NCBI GenBank assembly: GCA_963665235.2
Contig: CAXXLX010000001.1
Coordinates: 800,001 to 864,000 of the forward strand
Length of the DNA stretch: 64,000 nucleotides
From: Candidatus Poribacteria bacterium
GTDB taxonomy: Bacteria; Poribacteria; WGA-4E; WGA-3G
Direction of reading: 5' to 3'
Shown here: piece after piece, positions 29,458-39,888 of the stretch
Numbering within the stretch: position 1 is the stretch's first letter
Layout: the number at the start of each line of letters is the position of its first letter
Notes under the pieces: generated by a model
Databases searched by the model: none
The model's input: the letters and a program-made list of their open reading frames with translations, nothing else
Told to the model about the DNA's origin: nothing
Translations under genes and position numbers: made by a program

Positions 29458-31515
29458 ATGGGAAAGCAACAACCTGATGGTACCACTCTTATCAAAACCG
29501 ATTCCTTACTGAAACCTTACGCCGCCCAATTGCGAAAGCGATTCGCGCACTATCAACGGCTCAGAACGCAGATTGAAAAGACCGGGGGCATACTCGGCGA
29601 AATAACCCAGGGACACCGATATTTCGGGTTCAACCGTGGCGAAAGTGAAGGCATACCTGGGGTCTGGTATCGAGAATGGGCACCGGGCGCGCACGCGCTC
29701 TCCCTCATCGGTGACTTTAACGACTGGGCACGCGACGCACATCCACTGTCTGTTGACCGGTGGGGGGTGTGGCATCTATTCCTCCCGGACAACGTGTATG
29801 CCAATAAACTGACACACGGAAGTCTTGTAAAGGTTCATGTCGTATCAGAACTCGGGGGTCTCGACCGAATTCCGGCCTATATTCAACGCGTTGTACAGCG
29901 CGAAAACCTCGATTTTAGCGGACAGTACTGGGCACCCCCGCAGCCATATCGTTGGCAGCATGCCCCACCCGATTTCAACTGCAATACCGAAGGATTAAGG
30001 ATTTACGAGGCACACATCGGTATGGCACAAGAATCAGAAAAGATCGGAACGTTCGCTGAGTTTACGCAAAACGTTTTACCCCGAATTGCTAACCTAGGCT
30101 ATAACGCCGTGCAACTGATGGCTATTATGGAACACCCCTATTATGGTAGTTTCGGGTACCACGTGAGCAATTTTTTCGCTGTTTCAAGCCGTTTCGGAAC
30201 ACCTGAAGAACTCAAAGCACTTATAGATACAGCGCACGGAATGGGTTTGTTGGTTATCATGGATATCGTGCATAGTCACGCGGTTAAAAACCTCAATGAA
30301 GGTTTGAACCGTTTCGACGGGACGGCACATCACTATTTCCACGCGGGGGCAAAAGGGGAACATGTCGCTTGGGATTCGCTCTGTTTCGATTATAGCAAAT
30401 ACGAAGTCCAGCGGTTTCTGCTCAGCAATATTCGCTACTGGTTGGAGACCTACCGGTTTGATGGGTTCAGATTTGACGGTGTCACGAGTATGCTTTACAG
30501 TGACCACGGGCTGGAGCGAAAGTTCACAGGCTACGCCGATTACTTCGACGCTCGAGTTGAAACAGACGCTATCGCCTACCTGATGTTGGCAAATGAGGTG
30601 GTGCATGCTACTAACCCGCACGCGATTTCTATTGCTGAGGACATGAGCGGAATGCCCGGACTTGCACGTCCTATTGAAGAGGGGGGGCTCGGTTTCGATT
30701 ACCGCCTCGCAATGGGCATCCCGGATTATTGGATCCGGTTGTTAAAGGAGAAAAAGGACGAAGCGTGGCACCTCGGTGACATTTACGGCATGTTGCACAA
30801 CAGACGCATCGGCGAAAAACATATCGCTTACGTCGAAAGTCATGACCAAAGTATTGTCGGCGATAAAACCCTAGCAATGCAGCTGATGGACGCGGAGCTC
30901 TATACAAAAATGAGCATCTTCACCCCAAGCCTCAGAATTGCGCGAGGGGTTGCGTTACACAAATTGATTCGCCTGCTCACGTTTAGTCTAGGCGGTGAGG
31001 GGTATCTCAATTTCATGGGAAATGAATTCGGACACCCCGAATGGATCGATTTCCCCCGGGCAGGCAACAACTATTCGTCCTGGTACGCACGTAGGCAGTG
31101 GCATCTTGTAGACGATGAGACGCTCTATTACAGGCACTTAAACAATTTTGATAAGGCAATGCAACGATTGGACGTAGTGTACCAGCTGCTCACCGATGAA
31201 AACATTCAGTTGTTATCTATTCACGAAGATGCGAAACAGATAGTCTATACGCGAGCTGGTCTTGTCTTCGCCTTTAACCTTCATCCGACAGCATCTGTGA
31301 CAGATTGGCGTATTCCTGTACCGCAACGGACAGATTACCGTCTCATTCTCAACACAGATGATACCGATTTTGGTGGGTACGGCGCTGTAACGGGGGTTCA
31401 TTATCCCTGGCAAGCGATAGAGATGGAAGACGTAGGGCAATCGATTCAGCTCTATGTACCTGCCCGGAGTGCCCAGGTTTTAGGACCGCGTTTGTTCAAC
31501 ACACCTCCTATGTAG
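29458..31515 (+). CDS. glgB: 1,4-alpha-glucan branching enzyme (GH13_8 type)
   Basis: YREWAPGA, IYEAHIGM, FDGFRFDGVTSM, AEDMSG and YVESHDQ. Confidence 0.92.
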   Translation: MGKQQPDGTTLIKTDSLLKPYAAQLRKRFAHYQRLRTQIEKTGGILGEITQGHRYFGFNRGESEGIPGVWYREWAPGAHALSLIGDFNDWARDAHPLSVDRWGVWHLFLPDNVYANKLTHGSLVKVHVVSELGGLDRIPAYIQRVVQRENLDFSGQYWAPPQPYRWQHAPPDFNCNTEGLRIYEAHIGMAQESEKIGTFAEFTQNVLPRIANLGYNAVQLMAIMEHPYYGSFGYHVSNFFAVSSRFGTPEELKALIDTAHGMGLLVIMDIVHSHAVKNLNEGLNRFDGTAHHYFHAGAKGEHVAWDSLCFDYSKYEVQRFLLSNIRYWLETYRFDGFRFDGVTSMLYSDHGLERKFTGYADYFDARVETDAIAYLMLANEVVHATNPHAISIAEDMSGMPGLARPIEEGGLGFDYRLAMGIPDYWIRLLKEKKDEAWHLGDIYGMLHNRRIGEKHIAYVESHDQSIVGDKTLAMQLMDAELYTKMSIFTPSLRIARGVALHKLIRLLTFSLGGEGYLNFMGNEFGHPEWIDFPRAGNNYSSWYARRQWHLVDDETLYYRHLNNFDKAMQRLDVVYQLLTDENIQLLSIHEDAKQIVYTRAGLVFAFNLHPTASVTDWRIPVPQRTDYRLILNTDDTDFGGYGAVTGVHYPWQAIEMEDVGQSIQLYVPARSAQVLGPRLFNTPPM

Positions 31516-31702
31516 GAGCGTGCTGTGCACGCGATTTTTGTTTTTTCTCCTATGTAGGAGCGTGCTGTGCACGCGATACATTATATTTTTCTCTGTAGGA
31601 GCGTGCTGTGCACGCGATACATTATATTTTTCTCTGTAGGAGCGTGCTGTGCACGCGATACATTATATTTTTCTCTGTAGGAGCGTGCTGTGCACGCGAT
31701 AC
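31511..31702 (+). repeat. 5 GTAG-REP copies downstream of RAYT
   Basis: GTAGGAGCGTGCTGTGCACGCGA at about 42-nt spacing. Confidence 0.92.
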
Positions 31703-31714
31703 CCACACGCTCCC

Positions 31715-32188
31715 TCATTCCATCTCGAATTTACACCGCCAAAACGGATAATCCTTCGCAGCCTTTACCAATCCTGACCGCACCGGATTCTCATAACAAT
31801 ATCGGATAATGCTATTCAATGATTCATCCTGCCGAATACCGTGGTCATAATAAGCACGTTGCCAAAGCGGACCCCTACGTCCCAAGCAAGCGTTAATCTG
31901 TTTCGCTGTATAGCTTTTGAAGGATTGTATAAGTCTCGACAATGTTTGTTTGCTGCCAAGTTGGATAACGGCGTGAATATGATCCGGCATCACAATGATA
32001 CAAAACCATCTGAGTCGCTCGTTCGTTTCGAGCCAGTCAAAGGCTTGAAAGATGATGTCTGCGATTTCGGGGGTGGCAAGCAGCGGTTTTTTGTTAAGTG
32101 TGGTTATTGTGAGGGAATAATAGGTGCCGGGTATTGAGTGTCTGCCTTTGCGGAGTTGTCGGTGTCCTCGGGTAGGCGATTTTTTCAT
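31715..32188 (-). CDS. REP-associated tyrosine transposase (RAYT, Y1 HUH)
   Basis: LRKGR, VMPDHIH (HUH), WQRAYYDHGIR and YCYENPV motifs; flanked by inverted REP arrays. Confidence 0.92.
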   Translation of the reverse strand: MKKSPTRGHRQLRKGRHSIPGTYYSLTITTLNKKPLLATPEIADIIFQAFDWLETNERLRWFCIIVMPDHIHAVIQLGSKQTLSRLIQSFKSYTAKQINACLGRRGPLWQRAYYDHGIRQDESLNSIIRYCYENPVRSGLVKAAKDYPFWRCKFEME

Positions 32189-32205
32189 TTCATATTCCTA
32201 TAATG

Positions 32206-33080
32206 TGTCGCGTGCACAGCACGCTCCTACAGAAGAGATTATCGCGTGCGGTGCACGTTCCTACAGAAGAGGGTGTCGCGTGCACAGCACGCTCCTACAG
32301 AAGAGGGTGTCGCGAGCCCAGCTCGCTCCTACAGAAGAGGGTGTCGCGTGCACAGCACACTCCTACAGAAGAGGTGTCGCGAGCCCAGCACACTCCTACA
32401 GAAGAGGGTGTCGCGTGCACAGCACGCTCCTACAGAAGAGGGTGTCGCGTGCACAGCTCGCTCCTACAGAAGAGGTGTCGCGAGCCCAGCTCGCTCCTAC
32501 AGAAGAGGGTGTCGCGTGCACAGCACGCTCCTACAGAAGAGGGTGTCGCGAGCCCAGCTCGCTCCTACAGAAGAGGGTGTCGCGTGCACAGCACGCTCCT
32601 ACAGAAGAGGTGTCGCGTGCACAGCACGCTCCTACAGAAGAGGGTGTCGCGTGCACAGCACACTCCTACAGAAGAGGGTGTCGCGAGCCCAGCACGCTCC
32701 TACAGAAGAGGGTGTCGCGTGCACAGCACGCTCCTACAGAAGAGGTGTCGCGTGCACAGCACGCTCCTACAGAAGAGGGTGTCGCGTGCACAGCACGCTC
32801 CTACAGAAGAGGGTGTCGCGTGCACAGCACGCTCCTACAGAAGAGGGTGTCGCGTGCACAGCACACTCCTACAGAAGAGGGTGTCGCGTGCACAGCACGC
32901 TCCTACAGAAGAGGTGTCGCGTGCACAGCTCGCTCCTACAGAAGAGGTGTCGCGAGCCCAGCTCGCTCCTACAGAAGAGGTGTCGCGTGCCCAGCACGCT
33001 CCTACAGAAGAGGGTGTCGCGTGCACAGCACACTCCTACAGAAGAGGGTGTCGCGTGCACAGCACGCTCCTACAGAAGAG
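32206..33080 (-). repeat. Array of about 27 GTAG-REP units (30-32 nt) upstream of RAYT
   Basis: TCGCG(T/A)GC(A/C)CAGC(A/T)CGCTCCTACAGAAGAGG(G)TG repeated. Confidence 0.93.
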
Positions 33081-33097
33081 GGGCGCAGGATGTGTTA

Positions 33098-33961
33098 TCA
33101 CGTAGTGTTATTCTCCAGCGAATACGCACGATTGCCACCCGGACCGCCACCAATCGCCCACGTACCACGGAACAACGATTGCCGTTTCGGCGGCATCGTT
33201 TCAATAATCTCATGGCTCAGATTCAACCGATGCCACTGGGCCCAAATTGAGTTATAGCAATTGAAAACCGCGCACCGTGGATTATCGGGATTCGTCCAAT
33301 CGTTTGCGGCATGCACAAGGCTTTCTGTGAAAATCACGACCGACCCAGGGGGACAGCTATAATCCTCCATCATCTCCCGCATGCTATCCTCCCATGGCGA
33401 TTCGCTGATATTCGGACGATACGGGTCCGGCCCGCCGTAGTTGAAGTGTGCCTTATGCGAACCGCTTAGGAAAGAGGTACCGCCTTGTCCTGCCTTCACC
33501 TCCTCAAGTTCCCAAACGACGCGCGTGAGTCCAGCGAATATTTTTCCGCCAGCAACCTGATACCGCATCGCATTTGCTTGTTGCGGGGGTCGCACGACGT
33601 GTGGCAATCCGTTATCACCCCGTGATGTAACACTCCAGCCGGGTTTCCGGACAGTCGTAAAAGACCCTTCACACCGAAATCCGTAGCAATCATCGAGAAT
33701 AAATCGTTCATCCGCAAGAATTGCATTTAGAACACCTACAATTCCGGGATGATCGAGTAAGGTTTGGAGGGCTCCCTGATAACTTTGTCGGGCACCCGCA
33801 TACACCTCCGCTTTCATCTCTTCAATTTCCGAGTCTGATAGGACCGATGGTAACAAAATCCAACCCCGAAGGTCAAAGAAAAACTTCTGTTCGGGGGTCA
33901 TCAACTTTTCTTCAGGAGACAACGGCATCGGTTCATTGGAATTACGTACTTCTTTTTTCAT
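33098..33961 (-). CDS. Phytanoyl-CoA dioxygenase-like protein
   Basis: QKFFFDLRGW, GGTSFLSGSHK and FTESLVHA motifs. Confidence 0.8.
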   Translation of the reverse strand: MKKEVRNSNEPMPLSPEEKLMTPEQKFFFDLRGWILLPSVLSDSEIEEMKAEVYAGARQSYQGALQTLLDHPGIVGVLNAILADERFILDDCYGFRCEGSFTTVRKPGWSVTSRGDNGLPHVVRPPQQANAMRYQVAGGKIFAGLTRVVWELEEVKAGQGGTSFLSGSHKAHFNYGGPDPYRPNISESPWEDSMREMMEDYSCPPGSVVIFTESLVHAANDWTNPDNPRCAVFNCYNSIWAQWHRLNLSHEIIETMPPKRQSLFRGTWAIGGGPGGNRAYSLENNTT

Positions 33962-33974
33962 AATAAAAATCCTT

Positions 33975-35723
33975 TTACAACGCCTGCTTCAATCCAGGCA
34001 AAAAGTAATCCTTAACAACAACTTCCCAGCTCATGCAAGCGGCGATATCATATCCCTCTTTAATCATATCTTCAACATCGCGAGATTTCCGTGGTAGGCG
34101 GCCGAGCAGTTTTGCTGCGATGTCTCGACTATTCTCCACCTCAATCTGCGTTCGTTCCGCCAACCCGATATGAATCACATCTTCCAGTGACTGCGGGGGC
34201 GGATTCAGGTGCGTATAATCAGCAATAACGATATTCGGAACGTCACGATTGTCGGTAGCACGTTGAATGAACCCGTAACACCCACACACGTTGCTAACCA
34301 CACAGATTGCGCCGAAACTGAGCGGTTCCACCTGTGCAATTCCGAAGGGTTCATAAATGGACTGCCCAAATTCTGCATCGCTTCCCTTGCGAATGTCCAT
34401 AAATTCCATATCACTATGCATTCGAGTCCCGCAAGCAGCTTGGCTCCACCCGAACTGATTGACGAAAACCACCTTTATCGCTTTAGACTGAAGATTGAAA
34501 GCAGAAACCCCGTTATTCAATTCGACCTCCGCGCCGACCAAATCGGGATACCCAATCTTGTGATGCACGGGCCACCCGTATTCCTTCTCCATCTCATGGA
34601 TGCTTTCATGAGGACGCCCGGTTGCAATTTCTGTAGAGAGGATAAACAGAACGGCTGTTTTATCATTAGAGGCAAGCAGTGAGTCCAAATGCGTTAGCAC
34701 CTGCAAATCGCGCCATAACCCCTTGCTTTTAACGAGTCGTGTTACATGCGTAAAGACATAATCCGGGCGATAGTCAAGCAGTGTCCGCGCGTATTTCTGG
34801 AGCCGTGCTTTCGATTCAGTCTTTTCCGCGAGGCTCACTTGAAACGCTGGAATTCCGTTATACACGAGGTTAATCGGAAACGTCTCAAACGGCTGTGCCA
34901 AAAAACGGAGCTCTTCTACAACGAGGTCACCGACAGCGAAGATTGCATCGCAGAGGTGTGCCTTATCAATCAAAACGTGCTTGTAATACCAGAATAGGTC
35001 TCCGAACACATCATGTGCCAACATGCCTTGTGCCTTTGCCTGCTGTAAAACGTTGTAAAAGCGGACATCGTGTCCGGGGTGTCCCTCAACAAGCGGTCGT
35101 ATCGTTGCGACTTCGTGGGCGTAAAAGACAGTACGCATATTTGCTGCGCGAGTGTCGATTTTCCGTTCGATGAGCGTTTTCAGTGCAAGCGGCATCCCCA
35201 TAAATTCGTGTGAAATAATGAACACGGGGGTTTCAGTCTCTTCATCAATTAGCACCCGCAGGGCATCGTAAGCAGGGGCAGCGAGACGGACGTACTCCTC
35301 AAACTCCCATTCACTTTCGTAACGGCTCGATTCAATGCCAAAGTGCTTGTAGAGTTGCCACTTGAACTGCCCAGTTAAATCTTCATTGCTGTTCGAGACG
35401 TTAACTAAGAGGACATCTGTCAGTGTGGTACCCTTTTGGTTTGGACCTTCAAATCGCCGTTGTCCGTAGACAAGTTCCACCTGATATTTTTTTTCAATAG
35501 CACTGAGTGCTTCCGCGTGCGGTGTGTTTTGCACACCGTCGGCGGCGTGATACAGTACAGAATCGAGTGCACCCAGCTCGGCACCAGAAAAAGTGGGGCC
35601 GATAAGAAATGTCCGCTCAATTGCTGCATTATAGCTTTGGGTTGTCAGCAAACCCTCCAAAACTGCGCCGATGCCCCCCATTTTTTGGATAGCTTCGTGT
35701 GTGACGTGGACAACAATACTCAA
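33975..35723 (-). CDS. Glycogen synthase-like glycosyltransferase (GT3-related)
   Basis: HEAIQKMGGIG and SIYEPFG motifs resemble GT3 EVANKVGGI and SYYEPWG; lies within the glycogen cluster. Confidence 0.7.
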   Translation of the reverse strand: MSIVVHVTHEAIQKMGGIGAVLEGLLTTQSYNAAIERTFLIGPTFSGAELGALDSVLYHAADGVQNTPHAEALSAIEKKYQVELVYGQRRFEGPNQKGTTLTDVLLVNVSNSNEDLTGQFKWQLYKHFGIESSRYESEWEFEEYVRLAAPAYDALRVLIDEETETPVFIISHEFMGMPLALKTLIERKIDTRAANMRTVFYAHEVATIRPLVEGHPGHDVRFYNVLQQAKAQGMLAHDVFGDLFWYYKHVLIDKAHLCDAIFAVGDLVVEELRFLAQPFETFPINLVYNGIPAFQVSLAEKTESKARLQKYARTLLDYRPDYVFTHVTRLVKSKGLWRDLQVLTHLDSLLASNDKTAVLFILSTEIATGRPHESIHEMEKEYGWPVHHKIGYPDLVGAEVELNNGVSAFNLQSKAIKVVFVNQFGWSQAACGTRMHSDMEFMDIRKGSDAEFGQSIYEPFGIAQVEPLSFGAICVVSNVCGCYGFIQRATDNRDVPNIVIADYTHLNPPPQSLEDVIHIGLAERTQIEVENSRDIAAKLLGRLPRKSRDVEDMIKEGYDIAACMSWEVVVKDYFLPGLKQAL

Positions 35724-36232
35724 GATTTCACCTCGCCAAAAGCATAAGGTTAGAATATCTTAAAAAATACCATGCAAACCGAGAGGGTGTCAAGCACATT
35801 TTTGGAGGGTGTGCAAGTGTGTAAAGTTTTTGGACTATGATAAAGGGAAGATTGGAAGATTGGAAGATTGGAAGAGGGGAAGATTGGAAGATTGGAAGAT
35901 TGGAAGAGGGGAAGGATGGATTTCGCGCGTGTGTTGTCTGAATGCACGTCGCATTTGGGCGAGTACGCCGCAAATCGCGGATTATCGCGGAGGACACGGA
36001 TTTCGCGGGGGCAGCCATTAGCAAAAGGAAAAGAACTCTGACACGTTTCAGAGATGTTCTTAGAATCACAAACCTCTTGCTAATTGCTAATTGCTAACTG
36101 CTAATCGCCAATGCGCCAATCGCCAATCGCCAATTTCTATTGACAATCGGAAGGAATAGCAGTATAATTTATCTATACCACCCTATAAATCGCGCACAGG
36201 AGCTAGCTTCTACAGAAAGGAAATATTAAAAA

Positions 36233-38860
36233 ATGAGGCCGATTCGCCAATTGTCCGTTGTACCGAACTTACCAGAGAATCTTGAACCGCTACGCGAATT
36301 AGCATTAAACTTATGGTGGACCTGGAATAGTGATGCAATTAGTCTCTTCCACCATCTCGATGCGGAGCTGTGGGAGGAAACCTACCATAACCCTATAGCA
36401 ATACTTGGTAAAATTCCGCAGGAACAGTTGCAGGATATTGCGAAAAATGAGGTTTTTTTAGCCCACCTTGAGGTAATTCACAAAAAGTTTAAAACATATC
36501 TCGCTGCCCCCGCATGGTTTGAAACGCATTCAAACGACCCATCACTCTCGAACCTACAAATCGCCTATTTTTCAATGGAGTTCGGATTGACAGAGTGTCT
36601 GCCGCTTTACTCCGGCGGTTTAGGGGTGTTAGCTGGTGACCATCTGAAATCGACCAGTTATCTTGGGCTTCCGTTCGTTGGAGTTGGTTTACTTTATCAG
36701 CACGGCTATTTCCGTCAAACGCTAACATCGGACGGTTGGCAGACAGCAGATTACCCGACAAATGACTTTTACAATATGCCGATTTCTCCCGAAAAACAGG
36801 CAGATGGAAGTCAGCTGCTAATTGAGGTAGAGTATCCTGAGGGAACAGCATTTGCAAAAGTTTGGCGTGCACAGGTCGGTCGGGTGCCGCTGTATCTATT
36901 GGATACCAACATCCCCGAAAACGAGAATGCGGCGTTGAAAGACATCACCGATTACCTTTATGGCGGCGATGAAGAGATGCGTATCAAGCAGGAGATTCTG
37001 CTCGGTATTGGGGGCTACCGTGCTTTAGCAGCACTCGGCATCCAACCGACCGTCTGCCACATGAACGAAGGGCACGCCGCTTTTCTGGTATTTGAACGGA
37101 TACGCCAATTAATGGCAGAAACCGGACTCAATTTTGAAGCAGCATGTGAAGCAACGGCCGCAGGGAATATTTTCACAACCCACACCCCGGTTCCCGCAGG
37201 GATTGATTGGTTTCCGCCTGAACTTGTAAAAAATTACTGTAGTGATTCTCTGAGCGCACTCGGCATTTCAGCAGAAAAGTTCCTCGGCCTAGGCAGAAAG
37301 AATCCAGCGGACACTAACAGTGAATTCAGCCCGGCATTAGTTGCACTACGACTTTCAACGATGTCCAACGGCGTGAGCCAACTACACGGACACGTGTCAC
37401 GCAATATGTGGAAAGAGCTATGGCCCAATCTTCCGGCGCACGAGGTGCCTATCAAGGCGATAACGAACGGTATTCATACCCGCTCCTGGGTTTCCGAAGA
37501 TATGCAGAGCCTGTTCGACAGGTATCTCGGCCCCAAGTGGATAGTTGACCTCACGAATCAGGAGGTATGGACGCAAATTTCTAAAATTCCGGATACGGAG
37601 TTATGGCGTACCCATGAACGTCGCCGCGAACGTCTTATCGCTTTTGCACAGCAGCGGCAAAGTCAGAAACGACAAAAACGTGCGGACTTAACCCCCCTCC
37701 CCCCGGTATCAAGTGGACAAGCTGTTCAAAATAGCGGTGAGAAGCGGGACGCTGGGGCAAAAATACTTAATGCCGCAGCACTAACCATCGGGTTTGCCCG
37801 CCGATTTGCTACCTATAAACGCGCTACGCTCCTATTTAATGATTTGGAACGGCTCGCGACAATTCTCAACGACCCTGACCGGCCCGTTCAACTTATCTTC
37901 GCTGGAAAGGCGCACCCGCACGACCATGAAGGGAAAGTCTTTATTCAACGAATTCACCAAATTGCTGCGGAACCCCGATTCCAACATAAAATCCTTTTCA
38001 TCGAAAATTACGACATCTGTGTCGGACGCTATCTTGTTGAAGGTGTTGATGTTTGGCTGAATACCCCACTTCCACCGAATGAAGCCAGCGGCACAAGTGG
38101 AATGAAGGCAGCAGCCAACGGCGTACTCAACCTCAGTACCGCGGATGGTTGGTGGGCGGAAGCGGAACACCTCGGCGGCGGATGGACAATTGCAGCGACA
38201 CCGGAAACAGATGACCCGAAATCTATCGACAAGGCACACGCAAACGCTATCTATGAACTCCTCGAAAAGGAGGTCGTCCCGCTATTTTACGACCGACATC
38301 CCGTTGACGATATTCCTTACGGGTGGGTTAACCGGATGAAGACAGCCATGCAGCACTTGGCACCGGTCTTCAATACAAAACGCATGGTGGCTGAATATGC
38401 AGAACGGCTCTATTTTCCTGCACACCAAAGATGGCTAAAGTTGAATCAGGATGCCGCGCGCCGCAGCATCGAGCTTGCCAATTGGAAAACAAACATCCGT
38501 AAGCATTGGCATAAGTTGCGAATTGAGGAGCGAGTCTCGAAAACAGGAGAGGGGAGTGGCGTGGCACTTTCTGTCGGAGAATCGGTTACAATTCAGGCAG
38601 TTGTTCACACAGACGCGCTGTTTCCAAATGAACTCGCTGTCCAAATTTATCACGGGGTGTTAGATGCAACCGGGGAAATTCAGAACGGACGCGCCACACA
38701 GATCGAATATCGAGAAGACCTCAGTGGTGGCAAATATCTGTTTGAAGGCACACTTGTGCTAAACCAGACAGGACAGCACGGTTATACACTTCGGGTTCTG
38801 CCCGCCCATGAAGATTTACAATCTCATTATGAGCTCGGCCTTGTGAAGTGGGCAAAATAA
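36233..38860 (+). CDS. glgP: Alpha-glucan (glycogen) phosphorylase
   Basis: YSGGLGVLAGDHLKS, ARRFATYKR and EASGTSGMK. Confidence 0.95.
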   Translation: MRPIRQLSVVPNLPENLEPLRELALNLWWTWNSDAISLFHHLDAELWEETYHNPIAILGKIPQEQLQDIAKNEVFLAHLEVIHKKFKTYLAAPAWFETHSNDPSLSNLQIAYFSMEFGLTECLPLYSGGLGVLAGDHLKSTSYLGLPFVGVGLLYQHGYFRQTLTSDGWQTADYPTNDFYNMPISPEKQADGSQLLIEVEYPEGTAFAKVWRAQVGRVPLYLLDTNIPENENAALKDITDYLYGGDEEMRIKQEILLGIGGYRALAALGIQPTVCHMNEGHAAFLVFERIRQLMAETGLNFEAACEATAAGNIFTTHTPVPAGIDWFPPELVKNYCSDSLSALGISAEKFLGLGRKNPADTNSEFSPALVALRLSTMSNGVSQLHGHVSRNMWKELWPNLPAHEVPIKAITNGIHTRSWVSEDMQSLFDRYLGPKWIVDLTNQEVWTQISKIPDTELWRTHERRRERLIAFAQQRQSQKRQKRADLTPLPPVSSGQAVQNSGEKRDAGAKILNAAALTIGFARRFATYKRATLLFNDLERLATILNDPDRPVQLIFAGKAHPHDHEGKVFIQRIHQIAAEPRFQHKILFIENYDICVGRYLVEGVDVWLNTPLPPNEASGTSGMKAAANGVLNLSTADGWWAEAEHLGGGWTIAATPETDDPKSIDKAHANAIYELLEKEVVPLFYDRHPVDDIPYGWVNRMKTAMQHLAPVFNTKRMVAEYAERLYFPAHQRWLKLNQDAARRSIELANWKTNIRKHWHKLRIEERVSKTGEGSGVALSVGESVTIQAVVHTDALFPNELAVQIYHGVLDATGEIQNGRATQIEYREDLSGGKYLFEGTLVLNQTGQHGYTLRVLPAHEDLQSHYELGLVKWAK

Positions 38861-39016
38861 AGACCGAAAACTAAATAATCCTGGCTAAAATCTATTTTTC
38901 TGTTGCACAAATCAATTTTTAAGCGTATAATAGAATAGGTTTGTAGGCTGCATAGTTGTTCATGAATCTACTTAAGAAGAAGCAGGAAACCCATGTCTTT
39001 GGCGTGGGAATATCAC

Positions 39017-39604
39017 ATGGAAAGAAAAGCAGAAATTTCACGTGAAACGACAGAAACTCAAATCCGGCTCAGTCTCAATCTAGATGGAACCGGAACTTCT
39101 CATATCAAAACCGGTGTTGGATTCCTCGACCACATGTTAGAACTCTTTGCAAAACACGGATTTTTCGATCTGACGGTTGAAGCAACGGGAGATTTACATG
39201 TAGATGCCCATCACACAACGGAAGATGTCGGTATATGTTTAGGGCAAGCCTTTCAACAGGCAATAAAAGACAAAGCCGGGATGAAACGATTTGGAAGCTT
39301 TGCTGTGCCGATGTATGAAGCTCTCGCGAAAGTTGACCTAGATATCTGTGGACGGCCCTATCTTCATTATGAGACACCGCTGAAGTTCGGAAAAATTGGG
39401 ACGTTCGATATAGAACTTGCTGAAGAATTTTTTCACGGATTTGTAAACCATAGCGGAACAACCTTACACATTAACGTACCATCCGGCACTAATCAACATC
39501 ACATAATTGAAGCGATTTTTAAAGCAGTTGCAAAAGCTTTGGATATCGCAACGCAACTCGATACACGGATTAGTGGGGTGCTCTCTACCAAAGGCAGTCT
39601 TTAA
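39017..39604 (+). CDS. hisB: Imidazoleglycerol-phosphate dehydratase
   Basis: TGVGFLDHML, DAHHTTED, HHIIEAIFKA and STKGSL. Confidence 0.95.
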   Translation: MERKAEISRETTETQIRLSLNLDGTGTSHIKTGVGFLDHMLELFAKHGFFDLTVEATGDLHVDAHHTTEDVGICLGQAFQQAIKDKAGMKRFGSFAVPMYEALAKVDLDICGRPYLHYETPLKFGKIGTFDIELAEEFFHGFVNHSGTTLHINVPSGTNQHHIIEAIFKAVAKALDIATQLDTRISGVLSTKGSL

Positions 39605-39632
39605 TATTTCCTTATCAAACGAATCCTGTTAA

Positions 39633-39786
39633 AACGCGAGTTTGAAAAAAAGTTTTGACCCTCAGCGTTCTGTGGTAGTTTTAGCAAAAACCAGCACAAA
39701 CTAGGAAGTTTATGCTACAATTATACCGCTTTTTTCGCGATGAAAAAGGTTTAGAGCAAACGGATATTTATTATCAAGCTCACGTT
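39633..39786 (+). mobile_element. MITE family 2 with 5-bp TSD GTTAA
   Basis: GTTAA|AACGCGAGTTTGA...TCAAGCTCACGTT|GTTAA; one internal REP. Confidence 0.88.
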
Positions 39787-39888
39787 GTTAAACAGAAATG
39801 TAAGCCCAACCAACGGGCGGGCTGGGTAAACGGAAGATAGATAGCACATTACACAACCCCTAAACGAACCGATAGGAAAAATTAAAAT

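Noticed and set aside
32124-33257. 300-377-aa ORFs in three frames
   Set aside because: They are translations of the REP array; all frames are open.
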